Positions 1 to 12,028 of a DNA stretch of 64,000 nt are shown piece after piece. The notes under the pieces were generated by a model. That model worked only from the letters and a program-made list of their open reading frames with translations, was not told the origin of the DNA and did no database searches. Position 1 is the first letter of the stretch. Every line of letters begins with the position of its first letter. Source of the DNA: Zancudomyces culisetae HAW-14-8 (taxonomy: Eukaryota; Fungi; Kickxellomycota); the NCBI GenBank assembly GCA_052426225.1, contig JBNJNM010000011.1, positions 1,860,001 through 1,924,000 on the forward strand, written 5' to 3'. Both the position numbers and the translations under genes were made by a program.

Positions 1-2
1 AT

Positions 3-866
3 ACCTCCTCTGCCTTGGCCGCCAGAGCCTATCACCCTGAAGAGATAAATAACTCTGGTGGAACTATTCTGGTGGATTTTGAATGGTACTTATCCCAACA
101 GATCTACCCACCAATTTCAAGATTGTGCGAACCAATAAACGAAATAGATCATGCTCGAATCGCCTCCTCCTTGGGCCTGGAGGCCTCAAAATATATCTCG
201 TATTTATCAAAGCCCTCCAACCAAACCACAAATGAATTGAAGACTTTTGATTCGCAGATTTCTGATGCTGAAAGATTTAAGGATTCTGACCCACTAGAAT
301 TGACGTGCCAAGGTTGTGGAAATAAATACCAAATATTTGGAATTGCTCAGGTTCGAGAAAACCGCATAGTTAATGGTCTGCAATGTGAGTGCGGTGCTCT
401 TCCAAATTTTTCAACATTGGTCAACCAAATAATCCTTCAAATACGTCAGCATATTTTTATGTACAACCAAGGCGAACTTGTGTGCAATGACATAGGTTGC
501 GATTTCCGCACCCAGCAATCGTTGATCCATTCCTCCTCTGCTTTGAATCACTCTACTGGCACAATCAGGTGTTTAAGGCACGACATTGGCTGTTCGGGGA
601 CTTTGAAGAGAGCCTACACAGAGCGTTCCTTGTATAACCAACTACTATATTATTCCACTCTTTTTGACCTTAAAAGAACTCGCGCTAGAATTGCTGATAC
701 TTTTAAGGACCTCGCTTCAGGCGACATTGATAGAACTGTTGGTAATAATTACACCACCCGTAAGTCGGAATTTGATACCTGTTTCAACACAGTCAAATCG
801 TATCTGGATGTTTCTGCGTTCAGGTTCGTCGACTTGGGATCGCTTTTTAAATCTCTAAAAATTTGA
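3..866 (+). CDS. POL1: DNA polymerase alpha catalytic subunit, C-terminal part (5' end outside the window)
   Basis: Frame is open from position 3. End of the PolB domain (YLSQQIYPPISRLCEPI) is followed by two Cys clusters (CQGC...CECG; CNDIGC...C-x5-C) and the Pol alpha motif YTERSLYNQLLYYSTLFD. Confidence 0.93.
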   Translation, partial: TSSALAARAYHPEEINNSGGTILVDFEWYLSQQIYPPISRLCEPINEIDHARIASSLGLEASKYISYLSKPSNQTTNELKTFDSQISDAERFKDSDPLELTCQGCGNKYQIFGIAQVRENRIVNGLQCECGALPNFSTLVNQIILQIRQHIFMYNQGELVCNDIGCDFRTQQSLIHSSSALNHSTGTIRCLRHDIGCSGTLKRAYTERSLYNQLLYYSTLFDLKRTRARIADTFKDLASGDIDRTVGNNYTTRKSEFDTCFNTVKSYLDVSAFRFVDLGSLFKSLKI

Positions 867-2530
867 CCGGCATAGTTATAACTAGTTTTATTATTGTGAA
901 TCTTTTTTTGCGATTAGCTAATTCCTCTCCTCTCTTGTTTTTAATGACTTACAATACAATGCACTAATACATCCATAAGTCGGTTTGAAGTTAAAGACCA
1001 TTTAAATGTGCTAATGAGGATCTAATTCTGTCTGATGATAACTTTTGTTCTAGTCAGTCACAATTACACTTATTTCAGCCTTAAATTATAGTAGCTTTCA
1101 GTTTTTCGGTCGTGATACGACATATTTCAACATTCAATCAAACATTGTAGGACCCAAAATGAAAAATGCTTCATTGATTTATTTATCGGCTACTTATTAG
1201 CTAAATCGAGAGTATCACGCAATAAGTGAAAATATTGCTATATTCTGGTGTTAAAAAAGTTTGGGTTTTTGCATATTCTTGGTTGTACAATGAACTAAAC
1301 CAGCTGAGAAATTAATAGTATCTGCTATTGGATATTGGATATTTGAATAAAAGTTGAGTAAAGTATTCGGATTTACCACAAATGTGTTTCCTCTTACAAA
1401 TATTCCTCAAATCGATATTCCAATCTAAATTGCAACAAGTGTGTAAAATCGTCTTTTTGTTGACGAACACGTAAAAAAAAATCTTTTAATTGATGAAGCT
1501 AAGCAAATCCAATTCCGTAAAATAAACCCTAACCTATTAGCTGCCAAGATGTTTAAAATACATTGTTGTACAAGTTTACTTGGGAAGAAATAATGTGAAA
1601 AAATAGAGCTATAGTCCAATTGATGGTTGGAATGAGCTAGTTTGATTAGCAGTGATGTTGAGTAATATATAAGATTCATCGGAACGCCTTAATCGATAAT
1701 AAAAAAAAAGGTATGAACGTCCGACATTTCCATAGGCTTCCAATAATAATTTCACACTTTTTTGGGGAGGAAAAGGAGCTAAGCCGTTGAATGCGTGATA
1801 CCGTTGTGGTAAATTTACCTAATCTACAAACTTTGTTTGTTCCACGCGCTACAAACAGAATTCTATAATTTTGTGCCGTTGTGAATCACAATCTCCAGAA
1901 AGCCAGCCCAATGAGTTTATTGGAGTTTTTCCAAAATTTTGTCCACCGAGTTCCTCGTTCCTCGGTTCATTAGATTCCGTTATCTAGATCCGATGCAACA
2001 CAATCATACTAACATCGATTGAATATATTTCATAACTCTGTTTAAGAGCTATTCAACACTATTAAGACGCTTGGTAAAGCCAGCCATCATGCATCAGTTT
2101 GGAGTCATGAAAGTAGACGAGCAAGTGATCGGTCTGTACCTGTTGATAAGAAAACATGGTTTTTTACAGAACTGGAGAAAATCTTTCAGACATTGTCGTT
2201 ATACCACCAGAAAGTCTGACAATTGTGTATTACTTGTATTTTGTAGATCTACTGTAGCAGTGGGTCTGTAAGTCAGGTTACTACCAGGTTCACTTAATTT
2301 CCGTAGTAATCAAACCACAAAAAACTTTGAAAAAAATTTTCTTTGATCTAGATTTTTTTATATTATATACTTTATTTATTTCTTGGCACATTAAAGATAA
2401 CATAGAATATATTAAAAAAGGAAAACAGGTAGTGATAATAAAGATTCTGATGTTGTGGCAAAGATAGGAATACAACCTAGTAATATATATATGACTTTGT
2501 TGATACATTATATATTAAACATTATACATT

Positions 2531-2570
2531 GAAAGTGAAGGTGAAGGTGAAGGTGAAAGTGAAAGTGAAA
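2531..2570. repeat. (GAARGT)n hexamer microsatellite
   Basis: gaaagt gaaggt gaaggt gaaggt gaaagt gaaagt gaaa read directly. Confidence 0.85.
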
Positions 2571-3051
2571 CACAAGTAATTTTATCTATGAGGAGGGGCT
2601 AATGACATGGTGTATATCTATAATCATTGATTATTAATGTTTTTTGGAATAACATTAATAAACAAAGAAATATATAGGCTGAATCTCCTTTTTACTAGCA
2701 TGAAGGGGTGTTGTTGAATAAATATCATATAAAACACCAATAAAAAGAATCCTAGGCAAAATTTATCCAACCAATAATATTTCTTTATTTGAATATTCCA
2801 AACCCACCAAGTTTAGCTCAATACAAATTATATCCGTTAATTATGATTTCTCTAGTTTAAAGACTCGTTATTTCTATTGTTAGTATAAACAGCATAATAA
2901 AAAAAATATTTTCAGTGTTTTGGTGGAATGCTATATAAGTAAAATATTTTCTTTAAATGTTCTTTTTTTATAAAGCCTCCACATTATAAAAGACATCTAC
3001 AATATCACAACTCTATAATTGGAAAAAAGAAAAACTCTAAATAATAGGAAG

Positions 3052-3591
3052 ATGTTACAATCCGATACACTTCCAATTTTCATAACAGTTACAATATTTT
3101 TTGTTTGTGTGACAGTCTTCACCGTTCTTCGTCAACGAAAACAAAAGAAAATCAAGCTAGAACTTCAAACCCAATCCAATATGGCGCACATCGAAGCATT
3201 AGTAGAATCTAGTGCACTAAACAGTGCTCAGAATGCGGAAAATGCTCTAAAAGCCTCTCCTCCATTGCCAAAGTACACACCTACCTTATTTACATCGCCT
3301 CAGCAATTAGAAAAGTTTTCAATTGTACACGATATAAAAGACACTGATCATACTAACAAAAGAACTAGCAAGGCCGACCAGACAACATGCGCTTTATGCA
3401 CGGGAAATCTATCTCAGAAAACACCTGTGCGGAAAATACCGTGCAACCATAGATTCCACATTGCATGTTTAGACTATCACCTGTTACATCACTCGGTAAT
3501 TTGTCCACTGTGTGATACAAATCTATATTCGCATCTATATACCATGCAGGTGGATAGGGATGGGAGTATCGGGCTAGTAGAGCAAACTTAA
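3052..3591 (+). CDS. Membrane-anchored RING-H2 E3 ubiquitin ligase (ATL-like)
   Basis: First ATG at 3052. N-terminal hydrophobic helix (IFITVTIFFVCVTVFTVL) is followed by a basic patch. C-terminal C3H2C3 RING: CALC...IPCNHRFHIAC...CPLC. Confidence 0.85.
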   Translation: MLQSDTLPIFITVTIFFVCVTVFTVLRQRKQKKIKLELQTQSNMAHIEALVESSALNSAQNAENALKASPPLPKYTPTLFTSPQQLEKFSIVHDIKDTDHTNKRTSKADQTTCALCTGNLSQKTPVRKIPCNHRFHIACLDYHLLHHSVICPLCDTNLYSHLYTMQVDRDGSIGLVEQT

Positions 3592-4288
3592 TCTTTAGTG
3601 CTTGTAGATTTGCAATACTAGTCAAGTTGTATTATTGAGCCTTCGGATCACATTATTAGTACTGTGATGATACAGGAATTATTCTTAAGCTGAAAGGGAT
3701 GCCATCACCCCTTACGCTCAGAGATTGTAAAAAGACATGCATTTACTTGGGCTTTTTTTTGTTTTTTTTTAAGTTTTTTGTGCAGACCATCCTTCTTAAT
3801 TGATTAACCATACCATTAGAATAATAAAAAGTTGATAAATTACCTTAAAATGTGCAACTATGTTCAAAAGCTACTAATACTCGTTGTTTGATATATCTTG
3901 GCAAAAACAAGAAACAGGATCAACATTCAAGGTCAAAATTTACTATGGTAAGTAAGCGCAGTAATAAATAAAGTCGTTCTATTGGCTGTATAGCTGGAAA
4001 TACAGAGTTTTGTGTGGCTAGTATTTTCATTGGCTGGTTAGATGTTTATAGCTAATTTAAAAATGTATCAAAGGCACTCATCAATTAAAAAGAAAAAAAA
4101 CTCAAGAAAACACGCGTCAATCGCTACAATGAAAGGAGGGGAAATGGGATTCGACAAGGGTAATGTTTTGTGTTATACTAAGCTTATAGAATGCTTTATA
4201 TGTAGAACATACAGAACTAAAGTATTATAAAATAAAAATAGATTTCGAGAATTTAAAAAAAATTGGGAAATGGAAGGGATTTAAGGAC

Positions 4289-6544
4289 ATGGAAAGCGAT
4301 TTTGGAGATCAAACCCGGAAACCTTCTGAAAAGCAATATTGTACGAATAAGTTTGGAAATAAAAATGATGTGCAAATGGGAATAGTTGAGGCAGAAGGGT
4401 CAGCAAGGAATCGCAAATTATTTGCTGAATTTCGCGAGGAGTCGAATTTAAATAAACTTGGTAAAATAAACACAGAATGGCAGCTAAGGGATAAAATTAT
4501 AAAGAACATTTCGCAAAGCCAAGCCGATTCTCGGGATTTTCAGGAAAACGTTATCAAGGAGGAGGAAATCGAAACAGAAGGTGGGATCGAGAATAAAATA
4601 TTTACACAGTTTGATAGACGAGGTAGAGGATACAAAGAAACAAGCAAGAGAAAATTTGAGTTTATATTTGGTAATGGGTATACTGACACCATAGAGCTAT
4701 CCAGCTCGCCCCTGCGTAGAAACACGCAGGATGTATTTAGTTTGGAATGTTCCTCCAGCCCTTGTGAAAATGTGGATCGTGATACTCTGGAAAAGCAGAG
4801 GGATAGCAGTTTAACAAAAGGGATTAATAGTGACTTTGAACTCACACATAAGTTGAGCGAAATGAATGTCTTGAAAAGTGCAGTGGGTGTGGGCCAAGTT
4901 CGCAAAGGACAATACTTGAGTGTAGATAATGAATTCTGCGATAACAACGCGTCACATACCGATGGGGATATTAAACACGATAGCGCCGAAAATGAAATAG
5001 AGGAAATAGAGGAAATAGAGGAATTTAGTGTTGGTACCCAAGAACCTGCACAAGACTTTTTTGAGATTCCTGGTGAACTGTGTACTGGTGAAAATATAGG
5101 AGTGGGAGCTGATTCGGAGCTCAATGATTATGTGAACTTTTCTGAAGATTTTCAAGAAAATCTTATAGCCGATGCGGATATCTTTGAGCTCAATAGAGGA
5201 TACCAGCATTTTTATGTGGAAAACGATGATAGTTTTGAAGGACAGGAAACCCATATTGCAGAAGACAGTGTGGTAAATAACATCAACATGCATGGAAGAA
5301 CCGACCTGTTTGATAAATACATTTTTTCTCATGAACAAACGGACAAACATGACTATTTGCGATTGGAAAGGAATAAAAGTGATTTAGACGCGGTTAGGGA
5401 TATATGTGGAATACCTCTGGCTACGCTGAAAAAGCATATTATTTTGGAGAATAAAATTGAGGATCAACCTTTCAAGCTCGATGTAAGTCAAACTCATAAC
5501 GTTTTTTTTGGGGTAGATTATCTGATTACAATAAACCAACATCGTTTTATTATGATACGTTTAGGAGAAGCTTATTGTTCCACAGACACTGTTAAAAGTC
5601 AGAGCTAATGTACAGTAAGCTAGCTTTTATATTTTGCTATAGTCATTTCATTTGTTAAGTAGCGATAATAGTAAAGTAAATTATTGCTACTTGAATACCA
5701 ATCGTTTGCTGGTTTTAAAATATTTCTTTTTTTTTTAATTCTAACTGTATATTTACACGTACCTTTATATAATCAATCTAACAAACCCAACAAATATACA
5801 TTATCTAGGAAAGATTCGTGTGATTTTATAGCCAGGTGGCTATCTTTGCATACACAACTCAAGTCGGACTATAATTTGAGTCACCACGCGATAGATCTGG
5901 TTAAGCAGACTCCAAAATCAGACGAGTTGTTTTCCATTAGACCTGCAAAAAAGCAAAGGGGATTTTTCATATCACCCGATTGGGTTCTCTCTGTTCTTGA
6001 AACCAGAAAATGTGCATCTTCTATATTTGGTTTACAAACCCTTTGCAAGGTGATCAGTACTCCCTCATCAGTTACTCTAAATGCTAACCACACAAAATTA
6101 GCAGATAATGAATTGTCGAAACTGAACGGCTCAATTGTTGTCGTCTTCTTGTCGTTATCGCTTTTATTGGATCGTGAAAATGGTAACTGTGATGGTTTTA
6201 ATTGTATTTCCAAACTTGATACTTTACTACAAAAGCGATCTTTACTTTATCACTTTTTTATTGAAAATTTTGAATTGATAGGCAAAGTTGCAAATACAAG
6301 GATGAAAGAAAGCAGAGACTTGCAGAATATGTTGTCAACAGCTGAATCTAGCGACCAACTTCACCAGGAACATCATCTCTCATCAGCTACACGTAAGACT
6401 TCCCCCGCTATTCATATTTACCCTCGGTGGTCATTATATAGTTTGCAAGGAGATATCGGCTCCAATCTCAGTGCGCGGCCAGTAGACGTATGTTACCCTG
6501 ATGTTGGATATTGTATTTTAACTACCAATTTTATTGTAAAATAA
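4289..6544 (+). CDS. 3-exon protein: long acidic/disordered N-terminus plus C-terminal SPIDR/DUF4502-like domain (exons 4289-5482, 5565-5614, 5809-6544)
   Basis: Donors GTAAGT (5483) and GTAAGC (5615), TAG acceptors and a CTAAC branch site near 5778. Phases 0 and 2 join the two ORF-track ORFs through a 50-nt exon (EKLIVPQTLLKVRANV). The family call rests on recalled motif similarity only. Confidence 0.6.
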
Positions 6545-6797
6545 TACGAATTTTGATTAATATTCTCCCTGTGTTTAGTGAGATTAACACTTTAATTTTA
6601 ACTTGCGAGTTTTAGCTGATAAATGTTTTTATAATATTTATATTTCATATGTAACTAGTTTTGAGTATAAATATGAATAAACTCGATCTTACATACAAAC
6701 TCGAGCACAGTCAACACTATCATACACACAGCTCTTTCTAAAATTCAACATGTTTACTAACTTGAAATTTGTATGTACAATATTTTAAACTTTTTGT

Positions 6798-6871
6798 GAT
6801 TTCTTGGTGTAGATGGTTATCACGTCTGTCTAACACACAGACGGTCGCCGGTTCGAGTCCGGCAGAAATCA
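6798..6871 (+). tRNA. tRNA-Val (anticodon AAC), intronless
   Basis: Acceptor stem GATTTCT/AGAAATC, A-box TGGTGTAGATGG, anticodon arm TCTGT-CTAACAC-ACAGA, B-box GGTTCGAGTCC and a downstream T-run (Pol III terminator). Confidence 0.96.
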
Positions 6872-7193
6872 CTCTCTTTTGCTCTTTTTGCTCCAATCAT
6901 TGTGCAATGGTTCTATTTGCTATTTTTTTGAATCGGCGGAACAAATGGTGTTAAATTTCAGTGAGATTATATCTTTGAATTACGGTTAATTATTGGCTAT
7001 TATGGTGTTTTGTTTGGTAAATATTTCCTTAAAGTGAAACAAGAAATTGGTTTTCATTTGTTTTTTTTAGGGTGCCTTTATTTTGCTTTTTTAATGACTT
7101 AAGAAATGGAAACAAGAACAATCTTTGCTATTCACTACATGTACAATAAACTCATTGAGATCTGAATACAAATTTAGAACATATCGACGTAAA

Positions 7194-8651
7194 ATGCATT
7201 TCAAAAATGCGATCTGGCTGTTTCTGGCGTGGTTGAATATTCAACTACTTGTCCTTGCAAATACTGAGAAAGTCATATTCAGAGCGGGGCTTCCCTCTGC
7301 TTTACCGATAATAGAATTGGGCAGAGATTGCAGATTTGCTAATATGTAAGTTCCCGTATCTAATTTGTTGTTTAATGAAAATTCTTACAGAAATTTAGCT
7401 GAGAAATTGTGTTTAGTTTACAACCTGCTTAAATTGTTTGAGCTCAATATAAATTGATTTGAATCGTTTTTCGACAAGAACGGTATAACACACTAGAAGA
7501 TTGTTTTTGGTTGATAAAACCTCTTCTATTAATCAGTATTCTAGAAAAACAGATAATTAAAAAGAATTAGGGGGAAATATTGAAATTAACTCATTCAATT
7601 ATGTTTTAGCCAAGAATTAAGCGGACCTTATTCCATCAGTACAAATCAGATAATACGACCAAGCATACTGGAATTTGAAGAAAACGCGGAGAGAATTGAC
7701 TATTGCTTTTACGAAAACCGAAATAAAGTCATATGGTATGTTTTGAGAAATTTGAAACCAGGTACTTTATATGAAGCTAGGATATCATATCTATCAACGG
7801 TGAGTTTTTTTACTTTGGAATATAACGTGCTAGTATTGCTCTTGTTTTTAAATATTTATTTTGTTTTGTTCAATTTCGTTTTATCTTTTTGCAAGAATGG
7901 GGAGGATTGTGAAAAGTGAACAGGTTGAAGATCACTCTTGGTAGTAGCTTTAGTTGAATAATAGATACTAACAAAATCATGAAATGTAAAATATCTAGAC
8001 ACCTGGTGATTGGGAACTAAAGGTTTTTTCACGAGAAGAGCTATTCGCAATGTACGGGATAAAATATAACAGTGACAAGAGCGAATCACATGAAAAGGTA
8101 AATCTAATAGTAAGTGTGATGGAGGAAGTGAGAACGTGGTAGTAATGGATATTTGATTACTGGAGCTTTAGCAATGTTTTTTCCTCCTGTAATCTCATAG
8201 AGCGACAACACAACAGAGATGAATACAACAGCGTATCTAAGAGTAAGGATGTTTCCTACTGGCGTTTCGTATGTCGACAGAGGTCTACGGCTGCCCACTA
8301 AATTTAACATTGGTAAGTGACTGCACTAAAAAGAGTATTAAAGAAAAATAAATATATGACATTTTCTGCTTTAGCAACATCTTTCTTGCATTCTTGTTTG
8401 CCAGTAACACATATTCAGTCAAATGGGGATATATGTGTTGTCATTATTATTTTACTTTAACCAAATGAATGCTAATAATGTATCTAGTACTGGAATCGCT
8501 GATATTGGGTGGGATTCCATATCAGGCGACAAAGGTAGTCACAGCGTGTGCATTTGCGGTATTATTTGGGATGGTTTTTGCAGTACCCTTGCTGTTCAAT
8601 GTGATTAATGAGGTTATAGAAGAAAACGAAGAGGGAGACAAGGTTAAATGA
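7194..8651 (+). CDS. Pga1-like GPI-mannosyltransferase II co-activator, 5 exons (7194-7345, 7610-7799, 7999-8097, 8201-8312, 8488-8651)
   Basis: Signal peptide ends in ANTEKVIF, followed by WYVLRNLKPGTLYEARISYLST and a C-terminal LILGGIP plus TM helix. This matches the Pga1 layout (ANTE..., YxxRIxW/Y, LGIP-TM). All introns are GT-AG with consistent phases. Confidence 0.7.
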
Positions 8652-8953
8652 CGAGAGTTGGACATGTTGGTTATAGAAATAAAATTAGGCAAAATTTAGC
8701 AAAATTAAGCACAATTATTGGCACATTGCTAGTAGCTCTGTATTGAATAGTACTAGTTAGTTTTCTGGTTCAAGTACCAAGTATAAACTCGTTGAAGATT
8801 ATTGTAAAATATTTTTATAATAAAAGATCAGAATAGTGGAAATAATTTTACCGGATTAAAAGCAAATTTTTAAGAGGGAAAAAAGTTTAAAAAAACAAAA
8901 AAAAAACAACGGGGTGAGGGGGTAAAGGGTGAGGGGGTAGAATAAGGACAAAC

Positions 8954-11900
8954 TTACTGAACAGCATCAGCATCATTTTCACCAATAATCCGTAAGAAAA
9001 CTTCGTCAAGAGAGGTTTGACTGATACCCCAATCGTTAATAGAGTAAGCAGCCTTGTTTTGGGAGATTTCGGAAAAAAGTCTTGGAATAAGACCAGGCTC
9101 GGGCTTGAATTCCCACGAGACAGTGTTGGAGAAGCTGTCAACCAACGTGGCATCTGGAGGAAGAAGTGAAGAGATGTAGGAGACAACATCGGGCATTTTG
9201 GCCTCGTCTGCACTAGCCATCAGAAGGAAGCCACTTCCATACAGCTGCTTGAGACGCAGTTGAGTACCGAAACAACGCATTGTTCCATGAGCCATGATTC
9301 CGATTTTGGTGCACAGTACTTCGGCTTCCTCCATGGAATGGGTAGTAATAACGATGGTTCTTCCAACCTTATTGCGGTTGATAACGTTCCATACAGTACG
9401 ACGAACTTCAGGATCTAGACCGGTGGTAGGTTCGTCCAGGAACACAACGCTTGGGTTTCCTACAAAGGAAATAGCTATACTGAGTCTGCGCTTTTGACCA
9501 CCTGAAAGGTTCTTTGACAACGCGTTGCGTTTGCTGTACAGGTCAACATCCTTGATAATTTTTTCAACAACTTGGCGTTCTTCGCGCGCAGGAATGCCTT
9601 TGAGGCGGGCATAGAAATACAGATGTTCGGCAATAGTTAAATCGTCCCAGAGAATGTCGTGCTGAGGACAAATACCAATGTGGCGGTACACCTGTTTTGT
9701 TTCAGTAGTTACGTTGAAACCTGAAAGCTTGGCAACGCCACCAGATACCTTGTATAGACCGGAAAGCATGGAAATCAGTGTTGTTTTTCCAGCACCATTA
9801 GGCCCCAAAAGTCCAAAAATGTCGCCTTTGCTAATAGCAAAACTTATATCTTTAACCGCAAGCTTTCCACCAGGATATACCTTGCGAACACGTCGCAAAA
9901 TCAATGGAGAATCACGAGGGTATTTGCCATCGATAATACGACTTCGCTCATTTTTAACATCCTGATCCTCCAATTTCAGCTCTTCTTCATCCAGTGCACC
10001 AGGATCTTCAGGAATTTCATCTTCTTTTCTAAACAAATCAGTGATAGGGAAGTGCCAGGGTCTTTTGACACCATATTTACCTGGCAAGACATTCATCAAG
10101 TAGAATGAAAGAACCAGAAGAACAAGCCATTCAATAGCCATGGCTATTAAACAGTTAAAGACGACATCTCCACTAACCACATCAGAAAACGTATATCCTG
10201 GGCGCTCAGTTGATACAGCAGCATTGTTCAGAGCAGCGATAGCTCTATACATGGCAAATGGTGGCCACAACAAATACGGAATTGGGATGGTGGTATCGAA
10301 AATAAACGTCACCGTAGCGTCAATGACAACGCCCCAGAACACTATCAGATTGGTAATTACCAGTGCTACTCTGCTGTTGTTGAAGAATGTGCTGAAGAAG
10401 AAGGATATTGCGATTTGTAGATTCCACCACACAAACAGCAATACAATCAATAAGGCTTTTGATGTCTCGGTGAACATTTCCAGTTTAAACGCAATTCCTG
10501 ATACCAAAAAGACTATGCTACTAACAACTGTCAAAACCAAAAAGTGGAGATAATGTCCCAGATAATATGCCTTGTTTTTCAGCCCATTCATCTGCATCAT
10601 CACCAATATCCGCTCCTCTTTTTCTCGAACCAACAATACAACAAATGACGCTATCAAGAACGATACACCGAATGGAAACAAACTTCCTCCAATCAATGAT
10701 CCTATCGGCACTGTAAATCGCTGTAAAAATCCCTGTGGCATTGCTCTTAAACTATGCTCTATTTTTGCAGTATCGTCACCCAGCGATGATCGAAGGAGCC
10801 CATTAGAAAGCTGTGTTTGATGCACAAACATTCTATCCATAACTGGTGGATATGATCCCGCTGACGAAATTTGGTCGTTTTCTCCTATCTGAAGAGTGTA
10901 TCTCCAGTCTCCACTGGCTGAGTTCGCCACGTCAAACAATATGGCTGCTGATGGCATCTGTGCGACTATATTTCCAACTGCTCCATAATATCTCAACAAA
11001 CTTGCAAAGTTTTCCGGATCACTGGAGTTTGCACGCAAAGCATTAAATACTCCGGTATCTACTTGAGAAAATTGCTCATGAACATTCATTATCTTGCCTT
11101 TGAGCTCTAGATCCATCTGTTGTGATGTGTACCCATTGTACCTGTCTGTTTCAAACCAAGGTGTAGATATTATTCCATTGGGTCCAACCATACTCATGTT
11201 AGTCCCTGGAATTTGTATATTTCCCAGGTTGACCCAAAAGTTTCTGTCTATTTTACCTAGAATACCTGAACCCTTTACGTTTTTCAGCGCACTTTGTGTA
11301 GAGTTGGCAAGTAACATCCCCTGTATTCCATTTAGTGGTGCTGTTTGCATCTGCGTGATGGCTGCTGGTGTTGTAAGATTTATCATTCCTGTGTTTTCCA
11401 TATAACCAGCGCTCCCATCTGATGCATCTCTAACTATTGCCCATGTCAGTTTTTGGTTTACCATCAGGCTTGTTAATCCACTTTGCAAAAAATCTGTTGA
11501 AAACCATCCTCCCAATGGATCTGGCTTTGTTGTCGTATCAAGTCTAACCGCATCGGTAACATTTGGGTCTTTTTGATAGGGCGAAGAAAAGCTGTAATCG
11601 TGTCCAAACTGCCAGACACAACTTGGCGCACTGTCTGATAATGTAAACGGGCGCCTTTCTGTTTGGTCTTCAATCTGAATGGGTAGGTAGTATGAATTAC
11701 TCGCTTTAAATTTGAGGTTGCTTGGGTATCCCCTAACTATGCCATCTGGCACATCTGGAAAGTTGTTTATGTTTCCTGGAGATACTGGCATATTGAATTC
11801 GTTAGTAGCATTATAGTTAGAACACATCAGGTAGTTTCTTGCGCCAAAAGAGTCCTCAACAAGATTACCGACAATTATTCCTATAATCCCTCCTATCGCA

Positions 11901-12028
11901 ATCATTAGAAAGGGACAAAGAAGTACATAGCATATGTTTGTTCTATATTGTCGCTTCTGGTACGATAGCTTACTCCTAGCTAACGCCCTTAGTTGGTACG
12001 ATTTTCTAGCAACTGTATTTTCTTCCAT
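8954..12028 (-). CDS. Half-size ABC transporter, ABCA subfamily (TM1-large ectodomain-TM2-6-NBD)
   Basis: Walker A GPNGAGKTT, signature LSGGQKRRL, Walker B VVFLDEPTTGLD, ABCA motifs LVREKEER..MQMNGL, GICPQHDILW, LKQLYGSG and SLDEVFL. Single NBD. Confidence 0.92.
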   Translation of the reverse strand: MEENTVARKSYQLRALARSKLSYQKRQYRTNICYVLLCPFLMIAIGGIIGIIVGNLVEDSFGARNYLMCSNYNATNEFNMPVSPGNINNFPDVPDGIVRGYPSNLKFKASNSYYLPIQIEDQTERRPFTLSDSAPSCVWQFGHDYSFSSPYQKDPNVTDAVRLDTTTKPDPLGGWFSTDFLQSGLTSLMVNQKLTWAIVRDASDGSAGYMENTGMINLTTPAAITQMQTAPLNGIQGMLLANSTQSALKNVKGSGILGKIDRNFWVNLGNIQIPGTNMSMVGPNGIISTPWFETDRYNGYTSQQMDLELKGKIMNVHEQFSQVDTGVFNALRANSSDPENFASLLRYYGAVGNIVAQMPSAAILFDVANSASGDWRYTLQIGENDQISSAGSYPPVMDRMFVHQTQLSNGLLRSSLGDDTAKIEHSLRAMPQGFLQRFTVPIGSLIGGSLFPFGVSFLIASFVVLLVREKEERILVMMQMNGLKNKAYYLGHYLHFLVLTVVSSIVFLVSGIAFKLEMFTETSKALLIVLLFVWWNLQIAISFFFSTFFNNSRVALVITNLIVFWGVVIDATVTFIFDTTIPIPYLLWPPFAMYRAIAALNNAAVSTERPGYTFSDVVSGDVVFNCLIAMAIEWLVLLVLSFYLMNVLPGKYGVKRPWHFPITDLFRKEDEIPEDPGALDEEELKLEDQDVKNERSRIIDGKYPRDSPLILRRVRKVYPGGKLAVKDISFAISKGDIFGLLGPNGAGKTTLISMLSGLYKVSGGVAKLSGFNVTTETKQVYRHIGICPQHDILWDDLTIAEHLYFYARLKGIPAREERQVVEKIIKDVDLYSKRNALSKNLSGGQKRRLSIAISFVGNPSVVFLDEPTTGLDPEVRRTVWNVINRNKVGRTIVITTHSMEEAEVLCTKIGIMAHGTMRCFGTQLRLKQLYGSGFLLMASADEAKMPDVVSYISSLLPPDATLVDSFSNTVSWEFKPEPGLIPRLFSEISQNKAAYSINDWGISQTSLDEVFLRIIGENDADAVQ

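Noticed and set aside
4540-5124. Long antisense ORFs here and over ABCA, SAH1, CTR9, GWT1, PPT1 and OLE1
   Set aside because: They are shadows of real genes, with Ser/Leu/Phe-rich translations and no motifs.
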